Assembly (NCBI GenBank): GCA_947450015.1
Contig: CANFUB010000002.1
Location: forward strand, 1 to 32,547
Length of the DNA: 32,547 bases
Origin: Bacteroidota bacterium
GTDB taxonomy: Bacteria > Bacteroidota > Bacteroidia > NS11-12g > UBA955
Reading direction: 5' to 3'
The notes under the pieces were generated by a model. It did no database searches and was not told the origin of the DNA. It saw only the letters and a list, made by a program, of their open reading frames with translations. Both the position numbers and the translations under genes were made by a program. The number at the start of each line of letters is the position of its first letter. Position 1 is the stretch's first letter. Below are positions 8,539 through 18,987 of this stretch, piece by piece.

Positions 8539-8940
8539 ATGTTAAGAATAAAAAATAGCTTATTGGGTCTCCTTGTTTTGGGGTATTCTTCAATCCATGC
8601 ACAAAATAATTTGGACAGTGTGATACATGCCAATAAAGACAAATTTATAAAGGTATCACTTTTAGAAGGGGAATGGGAATCACTCGACACATTTCATAAT
8701 AACATTCAATTTAAAGTAACAAAATATGATGTCCATTTACTGCCAAAAGTACATATCAATCCCTTTAGTTTTAATTTAAAGGATAGCACCACTTTGAGCG
8801 CCAAAGGTATGGCATTGAATTGGCCCCCCTATGATTGTGTAATCTCTTATATTTCGGAGAAAAGGTTAGACATTATTTACTATGATTTTATGCAATCGCC
8901 TCCTGCGATATATTCTTACAAAAGAAAGAAAACCAATTAA
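8539..8940 (+). CDS. Hypothetical secreted protein.
   Basis: The ORF-track start is TTG at 8506. The in-frame ATG at 8539 gives MLRIKNSLLGLLVLGYSSIHAQ, a signal peptide. A TATATTTG -7 box lies at 8501-8508. Confidence 0.5.
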   Translation: MLRIKNSLLGLLVLGYSSIHAQNNLDSVIHANKDKFIKVSLLEGEWESLDTFHNNIQFKVTKYDVHLLPKVHINPFSFNLKDSTTLSAKGMALNWPPYDCVISYISEKRLDIIYYDFMQSPPAIYSYKRKKTN

Positions 8941-8949
8941 AGCAAAAGC

Positions 8950-9483
8950 ATGGCCAAGCAAACTTCAAGTATTCAGAACCTCTTTTTTATTTCAATTACT
9001 TGTGTATTAATGGGCGGTCTCATTGGGGCTGTTTCAAATATGATCAATGGATCTATAAGTGCGTACTATTTTAAAACAACCATGAATTGGGGCTTTCCAG
9101 AAATATGGATAGCAAGTGTTGCACAAGGCATTTTAGAAGGATTATTTCATGGCGTCTTATTTGCGCTTATTTTCACCACAGGTTTTGGCCTCGTTACAAA
9201 AGGCAAAGCCGATTATGCATTTGCCTTCAAACATATCATACGCATAGCAATGATTGTAATGATTTGTTGGACCATCGGTGGTTTATTAGCTGTAATGTTG
9301 GTTAGCTTAAGTCCTGAATTTTATAGATCACATTTTCCTTGGACCCCAACCGATGTTATTGAACAAATGAAATACGCTTGGGTGGGAGGGTCTATTTGGG
9401 GTGAGATCATAGGGGGCTTTTTGGGTTCAGTAGTCGGACTTGTAACCGTCAAAAACAATTGGGAAATCAAAATTTCTAGCTGA
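8950..9483 (+). CDS. Hypothetical integral membrane protein with about 4 transmembrane segments.
   Basis: It sits 9 nt downstream of the previous CDS, so the two are probably co-transcribed. It has several hydrophobic helices and no recognisable domain. Confidence 0.5.
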   Translation: MAKQTSSIQNLFFISITCVLMGGLIGAVSNMINGSISAYYFKTTMNWGFPEIWIASVAQGILEGLFHGVLFALIFTTGFGLVTKGKADYAFAFKHIIRIAMIVMICWTIGGLLAVMLVSLSPEFYRSHFPWTPTDVIEQMKYAWVGGSIWGEIIGGFLGSVVGLVTVKNNWEIKISS

Positions 9484-9564
9484 AAACACAAATGCAAAAA
9501 TTAATTAAATTTTAACATTTATCTATTTTTGATAAAAAAATTCCAAACCTTGCCCGCTCAATCA

Positions 9565-9593
9565 TTGTTCAATTCAATTTTTGTTTATATTTG
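9565..9593 (+). promoter_or_regulatory. Candidate Bacteroidetes sigmaA promoter with -33 TTG and -7 TATATTTG.
   Basis: TTG at 9565-9567, an 18-nt spacer, then TATATTTG at 9586-9593, placed 62 nt upstream of the AraC ATG at 9655. Confidence 0.35.
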
Positions 9594-9654
9594 AATTTCG
9601 GTGTGCTTAAAATATTTGATTGTTTTTTGTATGCCATCCTTTGTCAGTATTAGT

Positions 9655-10593
9655 ATGAGCAAGTATAAAGTCGTTCCGCAAATACCCGAACTCACCCACG
9701 AACATTCGCTAAAAACTTTAGTGGAAAATCGCACCATTTACAATCTCGAGAATTGTGAACTCAACCTATTCGAGACCTACGAAAAATCGAGTTTAGTACC
9801 GCTTAAGTTCAACGATTTAGTGGTAACAAGTATGTTGAGAGGAAAGAAAATTATGCATCTGTTCGATGACCCAGGCTTTGATTATTTACCAGGCGAATCC
9901 GTTATCATTCCTGCCAACGAAGAAATGAAAATTGATTTTCCTGAAGCCACCATGGACAAGCCAACCCAATGCCTTGCACTGGCCATCGACAATGCGAAAA
10001 TTATTGAGACCCTGAATTTATTAAACGAAAAATATCCAAAAGAAGGACAAGACAATTATTGGCAACTCGATGAACGGAATTTTTTCTTTTATAATAACCA
10101 AGACCTTTCGGCCACTATTAGCAAACTCATTACAATTTGTCAAAGTACTAGCATTACCAAAGATATTTTAGCCGATCTTACTTTACAAGAGCTATTAATT
10201 CGCATAGCCCAATCGCAAACCATGCGCAGTATAGAATCTGTTGATCAAAAAACCACTAGCACTTATCTAACCCAAATTATTAAAACGATTCGCGAAAATT
10301 TAACAAGTAAATTATCTTTAAAAATGATTGCCGATAGGGCCAGTTTGAGCACTGCCTCGCTATACCGCTTATTCAAACGAGAACTTGGTATCAGCCCTGT
10401 TGAATTTATTATTTTAGAACGAATAAAATTGGCAAAACGCTTGTTAAAAAACGAAAATTTATACATTAAAAATGTATCATTTGAATCGGGATTTGAAGAT
10501 TGCAACTATTTTATTCGCGCGTTTAAATACCACGAAGGTATTACACCAAAACAATACCGCGAATTAAATAATAAATCCTTGCCCCTAATTTAA
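9655..10593 (+). CDS. AraC family transcriptional regulator.
   Basis: The C-terminal ~100 aa form an AraC-type double HTH (ASLSTASLYRLFKRELGISPVEFIILERIKLAKRLL ... FEDCNYFIRAFKYHEGITPKQYR). The ORF-track start is GTG at 9601; I prefer the ATG at 9655. Confidence 0.8.
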   Translation: MSKYKVVPQIPELTHEHSLKTLVENRTIYNLENCELNLFETYEKSSLVPLKFNDLVVTSMLRGKKIMHLFDDPGFDYLPGESVIIPANEEMKIDFPEATMDKPTQCLALAIDNAKIIETLNLLNEKYPKEGQDNYWQLDERNFFFYNNQDLSATISKLITICQSTSITKDILADLTLQELLIRIAQSQTMRSIESVDQKTTSTYLTQIIKTIRENLTSKLSLKMIADRASLSTASLYRLFKRELGISPVEFIILERIKLAKRLLKNENLYIKNVSFESGFEDCNYFIRAFKYHEGITPKQYRELNNKSLPLI

Positions 10594-10964
10594 TCGACTA
10601 CAAATCTTAAAGGTTCTAAAGTCTTTAATTCGTCTTCGGTAAATAGCCTCGATTGGGTCATAAATCTCAAGCCCATTGGTATCTCTAGAGAAAAACTAGA
10701 TCCCCTACCCTTTGCCACATGGATGTGTAATTGGGTGTATTGCCAATATTCAAATTGGTCTTTGCTCATCCAAAAATCACAATCTGCAATGGTGCCTATG
10801 CAAACATCACTCTGCCCAACTTTAAAATCACCTTTCTCAAAACACATCGGTTGAGAGCCATCGCAACAACCACCACTTTGGTGAAACATTAAGTTTCCAA
10901 ATTTTTCTTTTAGCTGAGCGACCACGGTAAGGGCCTCGCTGCTAATTGTTACTCTTGGTGTCAT
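10590..10964 (-). CDS. DUF779 domain protein.
   Basis: 124 aa with the HQSGGCCDGS ... CDFWMSKDQFEYW pattern typical of DUF779, a family usually encoded next to aldehyde dehydrogenases. Its 3' end overlaps the convergent AraC stop by 4 bp. Confidence 0.7.
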   Translation of the reverse strand: MTPRVTISSEALTVVAQLKEKFGNLMFHQSGGCCDGSQPMCFEKGDFKVGQSDVCIGTIADCDFWMSKDQFEYWQYTQLHIHVAKGRGSSFSLEIPMGLRFMTQSRLFTEDELKTLEPLRFVVD

Positions 10965-11030
10965 ACTATTATTAATATAAATGCCGCCAGTACCGATAGC
11001 ACCGACGGCATTTAAAAAAACATTGGCTAG

Positions 11031-12563
11031 TTAGAAAAATCCTAATTTCTTTTTATCATAGGATACCAACATATTTTTGGTTTGACGGTAATGCCCTAAC
11101 ATCATTTTATGGTTCTCTCTTCCAAAACCAGATTTTTTGTAACCACCAAATGGCGCATGTGCAGGATATAAATGGTAACAATTTACCCATACTCTACCTG
11201 CTTGAATTGCACGTGGCACTTGGTATAATTCATGGGCATCGCGGGTCCAAACGCCAGCACCTAAACCATACATGGTATCGTTGGCAATGGCAATGGCTTC
11301 TTCTGTTGTTTTGAATGTGGTAACACATACCACTGGTCCAAAAATTTCTTCTTGAAAAATGCGCATTTTATTATGGCCTTTGAACAAGGTTGGTTGAATA
11401 TAATAACCACCAGCTAATTCACCATCCAAGGGTTGCACATCGCCACCAGTTAATAATTCAGCCCCTTCTTCTTTTCCTAATTTTAAATAGGTTTGAATTT
11501 TTTCGTACTGATCGTTCGAAGCCTGCGCACCCATCATGGTTGAACTATCCAGAGGATTGCCCATTTTAATGGCTTTGGTTCTTTCGATTACACGGCTCAT
11601 GAATTTATCATAAATGCTTTCGTGTACCAAAATACGCGAAGGACAAGTACAAACTTCACCTTGGTTCACCGCAAATAATACCGCACCTTCTATGGCTTTA
11701 TCAAAAAATTCATCATCTGCATCGGCTACAGAAGGGAAGAAAATATTCGGTGATTTTCCACCCAATTCCATGGTTACTGGAATTAAATTTTCAGAAGCAT
11801 ATTGCATAATTAAACGACCAGTAGTGGTTTCGCCTGTGAAAGAAACTTTAGAAATTCTTGGCGATTGTGCCAATGGCTTTCCTGCTTCTGGACCAAAACC
11901 AGTAACAATATTTAATACACCAGCTGGTAGAATGTCTTTAATGATTTCCATTAAACACATGATAGAGGTTGGTGTTTGCTCAGCCGGTTTTACAACTGCA
12001 CAACAGCCTGCAGCCAATGCTGGCGCTATTTTCCAAGTGGCCATTAACAATGGAAAATTCCATGGTATAATTTGACCAACTACACCAATTGGTTCGTTCA
12101 TAATGATACTCACTGTGTTCTCATCGTGTTCGGCAATACTACCTTCTTCGGCCCTAATCACACCTGCAAAGTATCTAAAATGATCGATACACAAAGGCAA
12201 ATCTACATTCACACATTCTCTTATAGGTTTACCATTATCGATGGTTTCGATGGTTGCCAACAGTTGTAAATTGGCTTCCATTGCATCGGCAATTTTATTT
12301 AAAATACCAGCTCTATATGTTGCTGAAGTTTTGCTCCAAGTAACAAAAGCATTATGTGCCGCATCGAGTGCTAATTCAATATCTTCTTTACCTGAACGGG
12401 CCGCTTTGGTAAATGCTTTGCCATCGATAGGACTAATGTTTTCGAAATACTCACCACTTACTGGTGCTACGAATTTTCCACCGATAAAATTATCGTAGTG
12501 GGGTTTAAATGTTGGTCTTGCTTGTGACATAAATTTATTATTAAAATTATTATTCAACAACAT
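11031..12563 (-). CDS. NAD+ aldehyde dehydrogenase, AcoD/ExaC-like (acetaldehyde dehydrogenase II type).
   Basis: ALDH signatures [23 protein letters not shown] and [16 protein letters not shown]. Similarity to the AcoD/ExaC group runs along the whole length. The start could be the ATG at 12563 or the ATG at 12530 (MSQARP...). Confidence 0.85.
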   Translation of the reverse strand: MLLNNNFNNKFMSQARPTFKPHYDNFIGGKFVAPVSGEYFENISPIDGKAFTKAARSGKEDIELALDAAHNAFVTWSKTSATYRAGILNKIADAMEANLQLLATIETIDNGKPIRECVNVDLPLCIDHFRYFAGVIRAEEGSIAEHDENTVSIIMNEPIGVVGQIIPWNFPLLMATWKIAPALAAGCCAVVKPAEQTPTSIMCLMEIIKDILPAGVLNIVTGFGPEAGKPLAQSPRISKVSFTGETTTGRLIMQYASENLIPVTMELGGKSPNIFFPSVADADDEFFDKAIEGAVLFAVNQGEVCTCPSRILVHESIYDKFMSRVIERTKAIKMGNPLDSSTMMGAQASNDQYEKIQTYLKLGKEEGAELLTGGDVQPLDGELAGGYYIQPTLFKGHNKMRIFQEEIFGPVVCVTTFKTTEEAIAIANDTMYGLGAGVWTRDAHELYQVPRAIQAGRVWVNCYHLYPAHAPFGGYKKSGFGRENHKMMLGHYRQTKNMLVSYDKKKLGFF

Positions 12564-12993
12564 TAATGGTAATAAAAAAAGAAGAATAGCATTATCTCGT
12601 CAATTGATAGCATTTTAAATTCAAACCCCTTTTTTTGATAGAAACTATTAAAAAAAACCGGCTTTAATTCCTTTCAAAAAAAACCTTAGCATTCCACTAT
12701 ATTTTGCTTTTTATGTCAACTTTTGACTAATTATTTTATCATTTTAGTATAAAATACCTATAAAATGGACACTTATATTTGTTGCAACAACAAAATTTTA
12801 CAATTAAGTATCTAACTATTTTTTAGACAATTACAATCCGTATGGGTTGATATAAAAGGTCGTCCTAAAAATATTTTTGAGTAATCAACACATTATTAAC
12901 ATAAATTCACCATATTTGAAACCCTTTGGTTCGCTTTTCATCGTAATTAACGATTTGAGGTAACAAATAAGGCCCACGACACGACACCAAACG

Positions 12994-15900
12994 ATGCATT
13001 CAATTCATCAGATAATTGATTTCCTGCGCAGTAGTTTGCTAAAAAAGTTAAGTAAAAACACTCTTTTTAGTGTTTTTCTAATCTTATTGGCTACACCTAC
13101 AAAAGCACAAGGTCCCAATCCCCAAACAGGGATGCGGGTAGTGGGTACTGTTAAACTAAGTGCATCGTGCGAAGAGGATACTTTGGCCATGGAAAACCTC
13201 ACCAAGGATACAGCCAGAACTGTTAAATTTTACGTACACAGTTATAACTATTTTAACAATCCCATTTACCCAAATTACAAAGATACTTTTTATACCAAAG
13301 GCAATGGTTCGCATGTCTATAAATTTGATGATAGTTTAGCCCTTGCTAAATGTTTGCGCTCAGTTGATCTTTATTTTGGCATTATTGCCTATGATTCATT
13401 TGGGGTCGATTATCCCGTCATCTCGCGTATAAAAATTTATCTCAAACCAAGGGCTTTGTTCAGTATGGATCCACTAATTTGTGGAGGCGATCAAATTAAA
13501 TTACACAACCAATCGTGTAAGGATAGCACCAAATTTAAATGGTTCTATGACGACACATTTTCTACCGCTTTCGAACCTCAGAACATTCACTTCGACTCTT
13601 CGGGTAAAAAAACCATCAAGTTTGTTGCAAGTACTAGCGCACCTTGCGTAAAGTCAGACACCCTTCAACAAACCATTGAAGTGCTAAGAAAACCTGAACC
13701 TGGTTTTAACATAGTCAACACAGTTTACCAATTATACAAAGATTCAGTGGTATGTTCGGGCGATACCCTTTACTTAATTAATCGCGCAAAACACAGCGAC
13801 TCCATTCATTATATTATTAGCCCACCTGGAAGCTATCAATTAATTGGTGGCACACAACTCTATGATGATACCGTGAAGTTATTAATGCAAAACAAGGGTA
13901 CCATCACCTATGAACAAACTGCTTTCAACAAGGCTTGTAATCGAAGTGTCAAAAAAATACTAAAACTCATTATCAATCCAGTTGTTGCCATTTCACCCAT
14001 CCTTGATTGTATAGATTCCAACTATATCAACCTCAATAATTTTGTAGATACCGCCAATGGCTTGCCGCGACAAACCATCTGGCATTTTAGTGGCAATGGG
14101 CAAAATAAAACCATCACCACACTGTTTCCTGGCACCTTGCAAGGCTTGCAATATGGCCAATACAAGATCAGTGTTACCTCCATCGGCACCTGTCGAACAG
14201 TTACCAATAAAGATTCCTTTTTTGTTGCACCACCTTTAAAAAAACCAAACGATTTCACCATTTGTCAAGGCCTCGATTCCACCATACAGCTCAATCGTTT
14301 GTTTAATTTTCCAAAAGGATTTAAACCGCAATGGACAGGTGCGGTTAGCAGTGATAGTTTGTTTCAATCTAAAAACAAACTCGCTGGCAACTATCCCCTA
14401 ACTTTAACTGATAAAAATTCAAGTTGCTATCAACTTACAATTAATGTTGAAATTCTTGGTGGTGCAACACAACTGCCCGACCAACATTTATGCTACCGCA
14501 ACCCAACGGCCTTGTCACTCGACAATTTACTGCCTGCTAATTATAGTGGAACAGGTGTAAAAAAAGATACCTTTTATTCTCAATTGGCGGGACCAGGTAT
14601 ATTCCCTATTAAATATACGACGGTTTTTAAAACATGTACATTCACAGAGAAAATGAATGTATTTGTTCACGATACTTTTACGCCTCGTTTTACTTTTATA
14701 ACACCAGGCTGTTTAGATAGTGGAGTGGTATTTACAAAAAACACGACAGAGAAAACCATCCTGTGGGACTTTGGCAATGGGGCTACTTCTAACAGCGATC
14801 AACCAACTTATTATTATAAAAAACCAGGCACATATAAGGTGAGTCTGATGGCAGGCAACTATTGTCCTGACACCTTAACACAACCTATTACAATTTATCC
14901 TGGACCTAATATTCAGCTGAAAGTAATAGCAGATACACTCTCTTGCGATTCAACCATTTTATTGGCTTATTTTTCAAACAAAGGCTATGGCGAAAAGTAC
15001 AGTGTCACTTACAACAAAATTACTTACCAAGGCGATTCTATTCGCATCGCCATCAACAAATCATTTCAATCAAGAACCATTCAACTAATAGGTACAGCCA
15101 TTAGCAAATGTGGCAAGGACACAAGTTTATTAAAAGTTCGCATTCCTCAGCGCAATACCGCGGCAATAGAAATCTTGGGATTAAATCCTGGTTGCCATGG
15201 CGATAGTTTAAGATTGGTAAATGCATCTTACGGCCCTATCGATTCCTTTATTATTGATTATGGCAATGGTAAAACAAGCAAAAATAAAATTTTAAAACTC
15301 CCCTATTTTAATAATACCAGTGCATTAAAAACATTTCCCATTATCATGACCGTTTATACCAACTATTGCGGAGTATTGACGGATACAGCATTTTATAAAG
15401 TTATTCCAAATGTGATAAGAGCGGCAGGCGAACAAAACAAAGTAAAGCTATGCAACTACGACATGGTTACTTTCATTAACAATAGTACCCAAGGTACTGC
15501 CTTTAATTTATACTTTGGCGATGGCGGTTCTACAAAGGGCTCAGATTATCGCGCAACGGTTAACTACCAATACAAAGTGCCAGGTGTTTATGTTCCATAC
15601 ATAAAAGCATTATCTGCTTGCGGCAACGATTCCGCAACGCTTGACACCATTGTTGTAAATGGCGCACCAAATTTCAATTTAGTAAACACTCAACCTAAAA
15701 TGTGTTTAGGGAGCGAGATTTATATTAAATATGCCCCATCTAATTTATTACATCCGCTTTGGTTTGTCAATTCTCAATTAACCGACTCACTTGTAAATCC
15801 ATTTACATTTCATCCAAAATCATTGGGCAAATACCGCATCAGTGTGCTTTTAGCCAATCAATTTTGTATTGGTTTAGATTCGTTTGATGTATTGGTAGAG

Positions 15901-16695
15901 CCGGCCCCTTCCTTAAAGATTGATGTAACAGAACTTACTTGTGACACCATTAAGGTAAAAATTACGGGCGACTATGAATTGGGTCAGTTGGAAGTCAATT
16001 GGGGCGATGGTGTTGTCGACTTCGGTAAACTATACCATGTGTATTTAGACACTGGTGAGTTTTTGGTTAAAATGAAATTATTGGTAGGTACTTGCACCCT
16101 TTATTTTGAGCGTTATGTAACAGTAAAACAAGGGCCCCATTTTAAAGTGATAACAGAACCTAAATTAAGAGATTGTTTGAATCCAGGTGACATTTTAAAT
16201 ATTGCTATTGCACTTGATTCTATGCCATACCAAGTCGAACTTTACAATTGGGCAGGCGAACGCATTTGTCAGAATTGCGAGCGCAAAATGTTGGATGTAA
16301 AATACAGTGTTTGTTCGCCTGCACAATTTAAAGTGGTGGTGCGCGACAAGGACAATTGCAAGGCTGAAAACAAAATAAGCTTTGATTGTTTTGATCCTAA
16401 TATTACGCGTTATAAGGCATTTGTTCCGAATGCATTTACACCCAAAAATGGCGATGTGTTAAACGATATTTACATTCCTAAATTGGCCTTCTACGAAGTA
16501 GGCATGAATTATACTTTGAGAATATATAATCGCTGGGGCGAGTTGTTATTCGAAACAGACAATCCCAATGAAGGATGGGATGGCATCTATAAAGACAAAG
16601 TTTGTCAAATGGATGTCTATGTCTATGTCATTGAATATGGTTGTCCTTCGCATGCTTATAATAAACACCGAGGTACTTTTCACCTCTTAAGATAA
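12994..16695 (+). CDS. Large secreted protein (1233 aa) with PKD-like repeats and a T9SS type B sorting domain (gliding motility-associated CTD).
   Basis: Signal peptide, repeated WDFGNG/GDG PKD-type motifs, and a C-terminal FVPNAFTPKNGDVLNDIYIP ... RIYNRWGELLFET ... GWDG ... VYVYVIEY ... HLLR. Confidence 0.8.
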   Translation: MHSIHQIIDFLRSSLLKKLSKNTLFSVFLILLATPTKAQGPNPQTGMRVVGTVKLSASCEEDTLAMENLTKDTARTVKFYVHSYNYFNNPIYPNYKDTFYTKGNGSHVYKFDDSLALAKCLRSVDLYFGIIAYDSFGVDYPVISRIKIYLKPRALFSMDPLICGGDQIKLHNQSCKDSTKFKWFYDDTFSTAFEPQNIHFDSSGKKTIKFVASTSAPCVKSDTLQQTIEVLRKPEPGFNIVNTVYQLYKDSVVCSGDTLYLINRAKHSDSIHYIISPPGSYQLIGGTQLYDDTVKLLMQNKGTITYEQTAFNKACNRSVKKILKLIINPVVAISPILDCIDSNYINLNNFVDTANGLPRQTIWHFSGNGQNKTITTLFPGTLQGLQYGQYKISVTSIGTCRTVTNKDSFFVAPPLKKPNDFTICQGLDSTIQLNRLFNFPKGFKPQWTGAVSSDSLFQSKNKLAGNYPLTLTDKNSSCYQLTINVEILGGATQLPDQHLCYRNPTALSLDNLLPANYSGTGVKKDTFYSQLAGPGIFPIKYTTVFKTCTFTEKMNVFVHDTFTPRFTFITPGCLDSGVVFTKNTTEKTILWDFGNGATSNSDQPTYYYKKPGTYKVSLMAGNYCPDTLTQPITIYPGPNIQLKVIADTLSCDSTILLAYFSNKGYGEKYSVTYNKITYQGDSIRIAINKSFQSRTIQLIGTAISKCGKDTSLLKVRIPQRNTAAIEILGLNPGCHGDSLRLVNASYGPIDSFIIDYGNGKTSKNKILKLPYFNNTSALKTFPIIMTVYTNYCGVLTDTAFYKVIPNVIRAAGEQNKVKLCNYDMVTFINNSTQGTAFNLYFGDGGSTKGSDYRATVNYQYKVPGVYVPYIKALSACGNDSATLDTIVVNGAPNFNLVNTQPKMCLGSEIYIKYAPSNLLHPLWFVNSQLTDSLVNPFTFHPKSLGKYRISVLLANQFCIGLDSFDVLVEPAPSLKIDVTELTCDTIKVKITGDYELGQLEVNWGDGVVDFGKLYHVYLDTGEFLVKMKLLVGTCTLYFERYVTVKQGPHFKVITEPKLRDCLNPGDILNIAIALDSMPYQVELYNWAGERICQNCERKMLDVKYSVCSPAQFKVVVRDKDNCKAENKISFDCFDPNITRYKAFVPNAFTPKNGDVLNDIYIPKLAFYEVGMNYTLRIYNRWGELLFETDNPNEGWDGIYKDKVCQMDVYVYVIEYGCPSHAYNKHRGTFHLLR

Positions 16696-16719
16696 TTAGT
16701 GTAGTGTTGTTGTTGAATA

Positions 16720-16768
16720 TTCAGGGGCCTTCCTTTACAAGAAGGCCTTCTGAATTTGTTTTATTTTT
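16720..16768 (+). terminator. Rho-independent terminator.
   Basis: TTCAGGGGCCTTCC-tttacaa-GAAGGCCTTCTGAA followed by TTTGTTTTATTTTT, 25 nt after the stop at 16695. Confidence 0.65.
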
Positions 16769-16997
16769 AAAGGTTATCAGTATAAAGCCAATCATTTTTC
16801 ATCAGAATTGTTACCCTTTTGTTGCTTGCTTATCACTTGCCGTTTATTTTATTCATTTCGTGTAATATATTTCTACATGGTATCCATCTGCTGCGTATAT
16901 TTGTCAAGGCAACATGGCTTTAGGCCATAGCCCCACTTATTCTACAAAATACAATAATCAAATATTTACCAATCAATAAACAATTAATCATTTAACC

Positions 16998-18899
16998 ATG
17001 GACAACATTTTCGCAAGCTACGGATGGATTATTATCGCATTAATATGCCTTATTTTCTACAAATTTATTCTCCGTTTCATTTTCGGTATGGTCATCGTAC
17101 CCGAAGATAAAATTGGACTCGTTACTAAAAAATTCGTACTCTTTGGAGAACACAAAGAACTACCTGATGGGCGAATCGTTGCAACTTTAGGCGAAGCTGG
17201 TTTTCAAGCCAAGACTTTAGCGCCAGGTTTGTATTTTTGGAAATGGGTTTGGCAATATGAAATAAACATGTCGCCCTTTACAATTATTCCTGAAGGTAAA
17301 ATAGGTTTAGTAATGGCGAAAGATGGTGCAGAAATTCCAACAGGTAATATTTTAGGTAAAGATGTGGAATGCGATAATTTTCAAGATGCCTCTAACTTCC
17401 TTTTGAATGGCGGTCAACGCGGTAGACAAACCACTTACATTACTGCAGGTTCATACAGAATTAATACCCTGCTGTTTCAAATTTCTACCACCGACATGGT
17501 GCGTATCCAGGAAAGCATGGTCGGAATTATTACCACCTTGGATGGTATGCCAATTGATGCTGGTCAAATAGCCGGTAAAAACATCGAAGGTCATAATAAT
17601 TTCCAAGATTTTGACACCTTCTTAAAAAGTGGTGGTAACCGTGGTTTACAACCCCAAGTAATACTTGCAGGTTCCTACAATTTAAATCCTTGGGCCATAC
17701 AAATTGAAGAAACGCCTATGACCGAAATTCCAATTGGTTTTGTAGGTGTTGTTATTTCATATATCGGTTCAGAAGGACATGATTTAACAGGTGCTGATTT
17801 TAAACATGGCAACATTGTTGAAAAAGGCTACAAAGGTGTATGGCTAGAACCACTAGGTCCGGGCAAATACCCCATCAATAAATACATTATGAAAGTTGAA
17901 TTGGTGCCAACTACCAATCTTGTTTTAAACTGGGCCTCAGCAAGAAGTGAAGCGCATAATTTGGATAAAAACTTATCGACCATTACGGTGCGTTCGAAAG
18001 ATGGTTTCCCTTTCAATTTAGATGTGGCGCAAATTATTCACGTGCCAACTACCGAAGCACCAAAAGTAATCGCAAGATTTGGAAATATGGTCAACTTAGT
18101 TTCCCAAGTTTTAGAACCTACCATTGGCAACTATTTCCGTAACTCGGCCCAAGACAGCGATGTGATTGCTTTCTTATCGACCCGTAAAGAACGCCAAGAA
18201 TCGGCCAAAGCCCACATTAAAAAAGTATTGGATGAATACAATGTGAATGCTGTCGATACATTGATAGGTGATATCGTACCGCCTGAATCATTGATGAAAA
18301 CATTGACCGACCGTAAAATTGCAGAAGAGCAAAAAGTAACTTACGACACCCAAAAACGCGCGCAAGAAACCAGACAGGGGATGGAGAAAGAAACTGCAAT
18401 TGCGGATATGCAAAAAGACATTGTAAAAGCTCAACAAAGTGTTGAGATTGCCGAGCGAACAGCCAATGCCACTGTTAAAAAAGCAGAAGGTGATGCGGCA
18501 GGTGTTAAATTAGCAGTAGGTGCCGAAGCCGAGGCCACTAAACTTAGAGCCCATGCCGAAGCTGAATCTACCAAGGCAAGAGCGCAAGCCGATTCAGAAG
18601 CCATTAAATTAAAAGCATCTGCACAAGCCGAACAAATATCGTTAACAGGTACAGCCGAAGCCGGTAAAATTTTAGCCATTGGTAAATCAACAGCCGAAGC
18701 TTATGAATTAGCTGTAAGTGCTTTGGGTGGCGAAAACTTTACCAAATATAAAATCACCGAAGAGCTTTCTAAAGGCCATATTAAATTGATTCCTGATGTA
18801 CTAATTGGCGGCAATGGTGGAAGCGCCATGGATGGCTTATTAGGCTTGAAATTAATGGAGATGATGGATCCAAAAAACAAAGAAGATAAAACAGAATAG
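16998..18899 (+). CDS. SPFH/Band-7 (flotillin-like) membrane protein with an internally repeated N-terminal region.
   Basis: N-terminal transmembrane helix. Four tandem segments start I(V/I)PE(D/G)KIGLV / RIQESMVGII / EIPIGFVGVV and end APGLY / AGSYRIN / AGSYNLN / GPGKYPIN. An SPFH core follows, and the C-terminus is an Ala/Glu/Lys-rich flotillin-type coiled-coil. Confidence 0.7.
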   Translation: MDNIFASYGWIIIALICLIFYKFILRFIFGMVIVPEDKIGLVTKKFVLFGEHKELPDGRIVATLGEAGFQAKTLAPGLYFWKWVWQYEINMSPFTIIPEGKIGLVMAKDGAEIPTGNILGKDVECDNFQDASNFLLNGGQRGRQTTYITAGSYRINTLLFQISTTDMVRIQESMVGIITTLDGMPIDAGQIAGKNIEGHNNFQDFDTFLKSGGNRGLQPQVILAGSYNLNPWAIQIEETPMTEIPIGFVGVVISYIGSEGHDLTGADFKHGNIVEKGYKGVWLEPLGPGKYPINKYIMKVELVPTTNLVLNWASARSEAHNLDKNLSTITVRSKDGFPFNLDVAQIIHVPTTEAPKVIARFGNMVNLVSQVLEPTIGNYFRNSAQDSDVIAFLSTRKERQESAKAHIKKVLDEYNVNAVDTLIGDIVPPESLMKTLTDRKIAEEQKVTYDTQKRAQETRQGMEKETAIADMQKDIVKAQQSVEIAERTANATVKKAEGDAAGVKLAVGAEAEATKLRAHAEAESTKARAQADSEAIKLKASAQAEQISLTGTAEAGKILAIGKSTAEAYELAVSALGGENFTKYKITEELSKGHIKLIPDVLIGGNGGSAMDGLLGLKLMEMMDPKNKEDKTE

Positions 18900-18987
18900 T
18901 AGCGTTTATTAATTCAATTTTTTTGTTTCCGCAATAAGTTTTAATGGGTAAAATGTATTCCCCAAATAGAGTACATTTGTCATCTGT

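Noticed and set aside
9087-9305. A 72-aa plus-strand ORF in an alternative frame inside the 8950..9483 membrane-protein gene.
   Set aside because: The enclosing frame encodes coherent transmembrane helices, so the alternative frame is implausible.
11614-12498. Plus-strand ORFs (65-153 aa) inside the aldehyde dehydrogenase gene.
   Set aside because: They are antisense to a confidently identified ALDH and have no independent signal.
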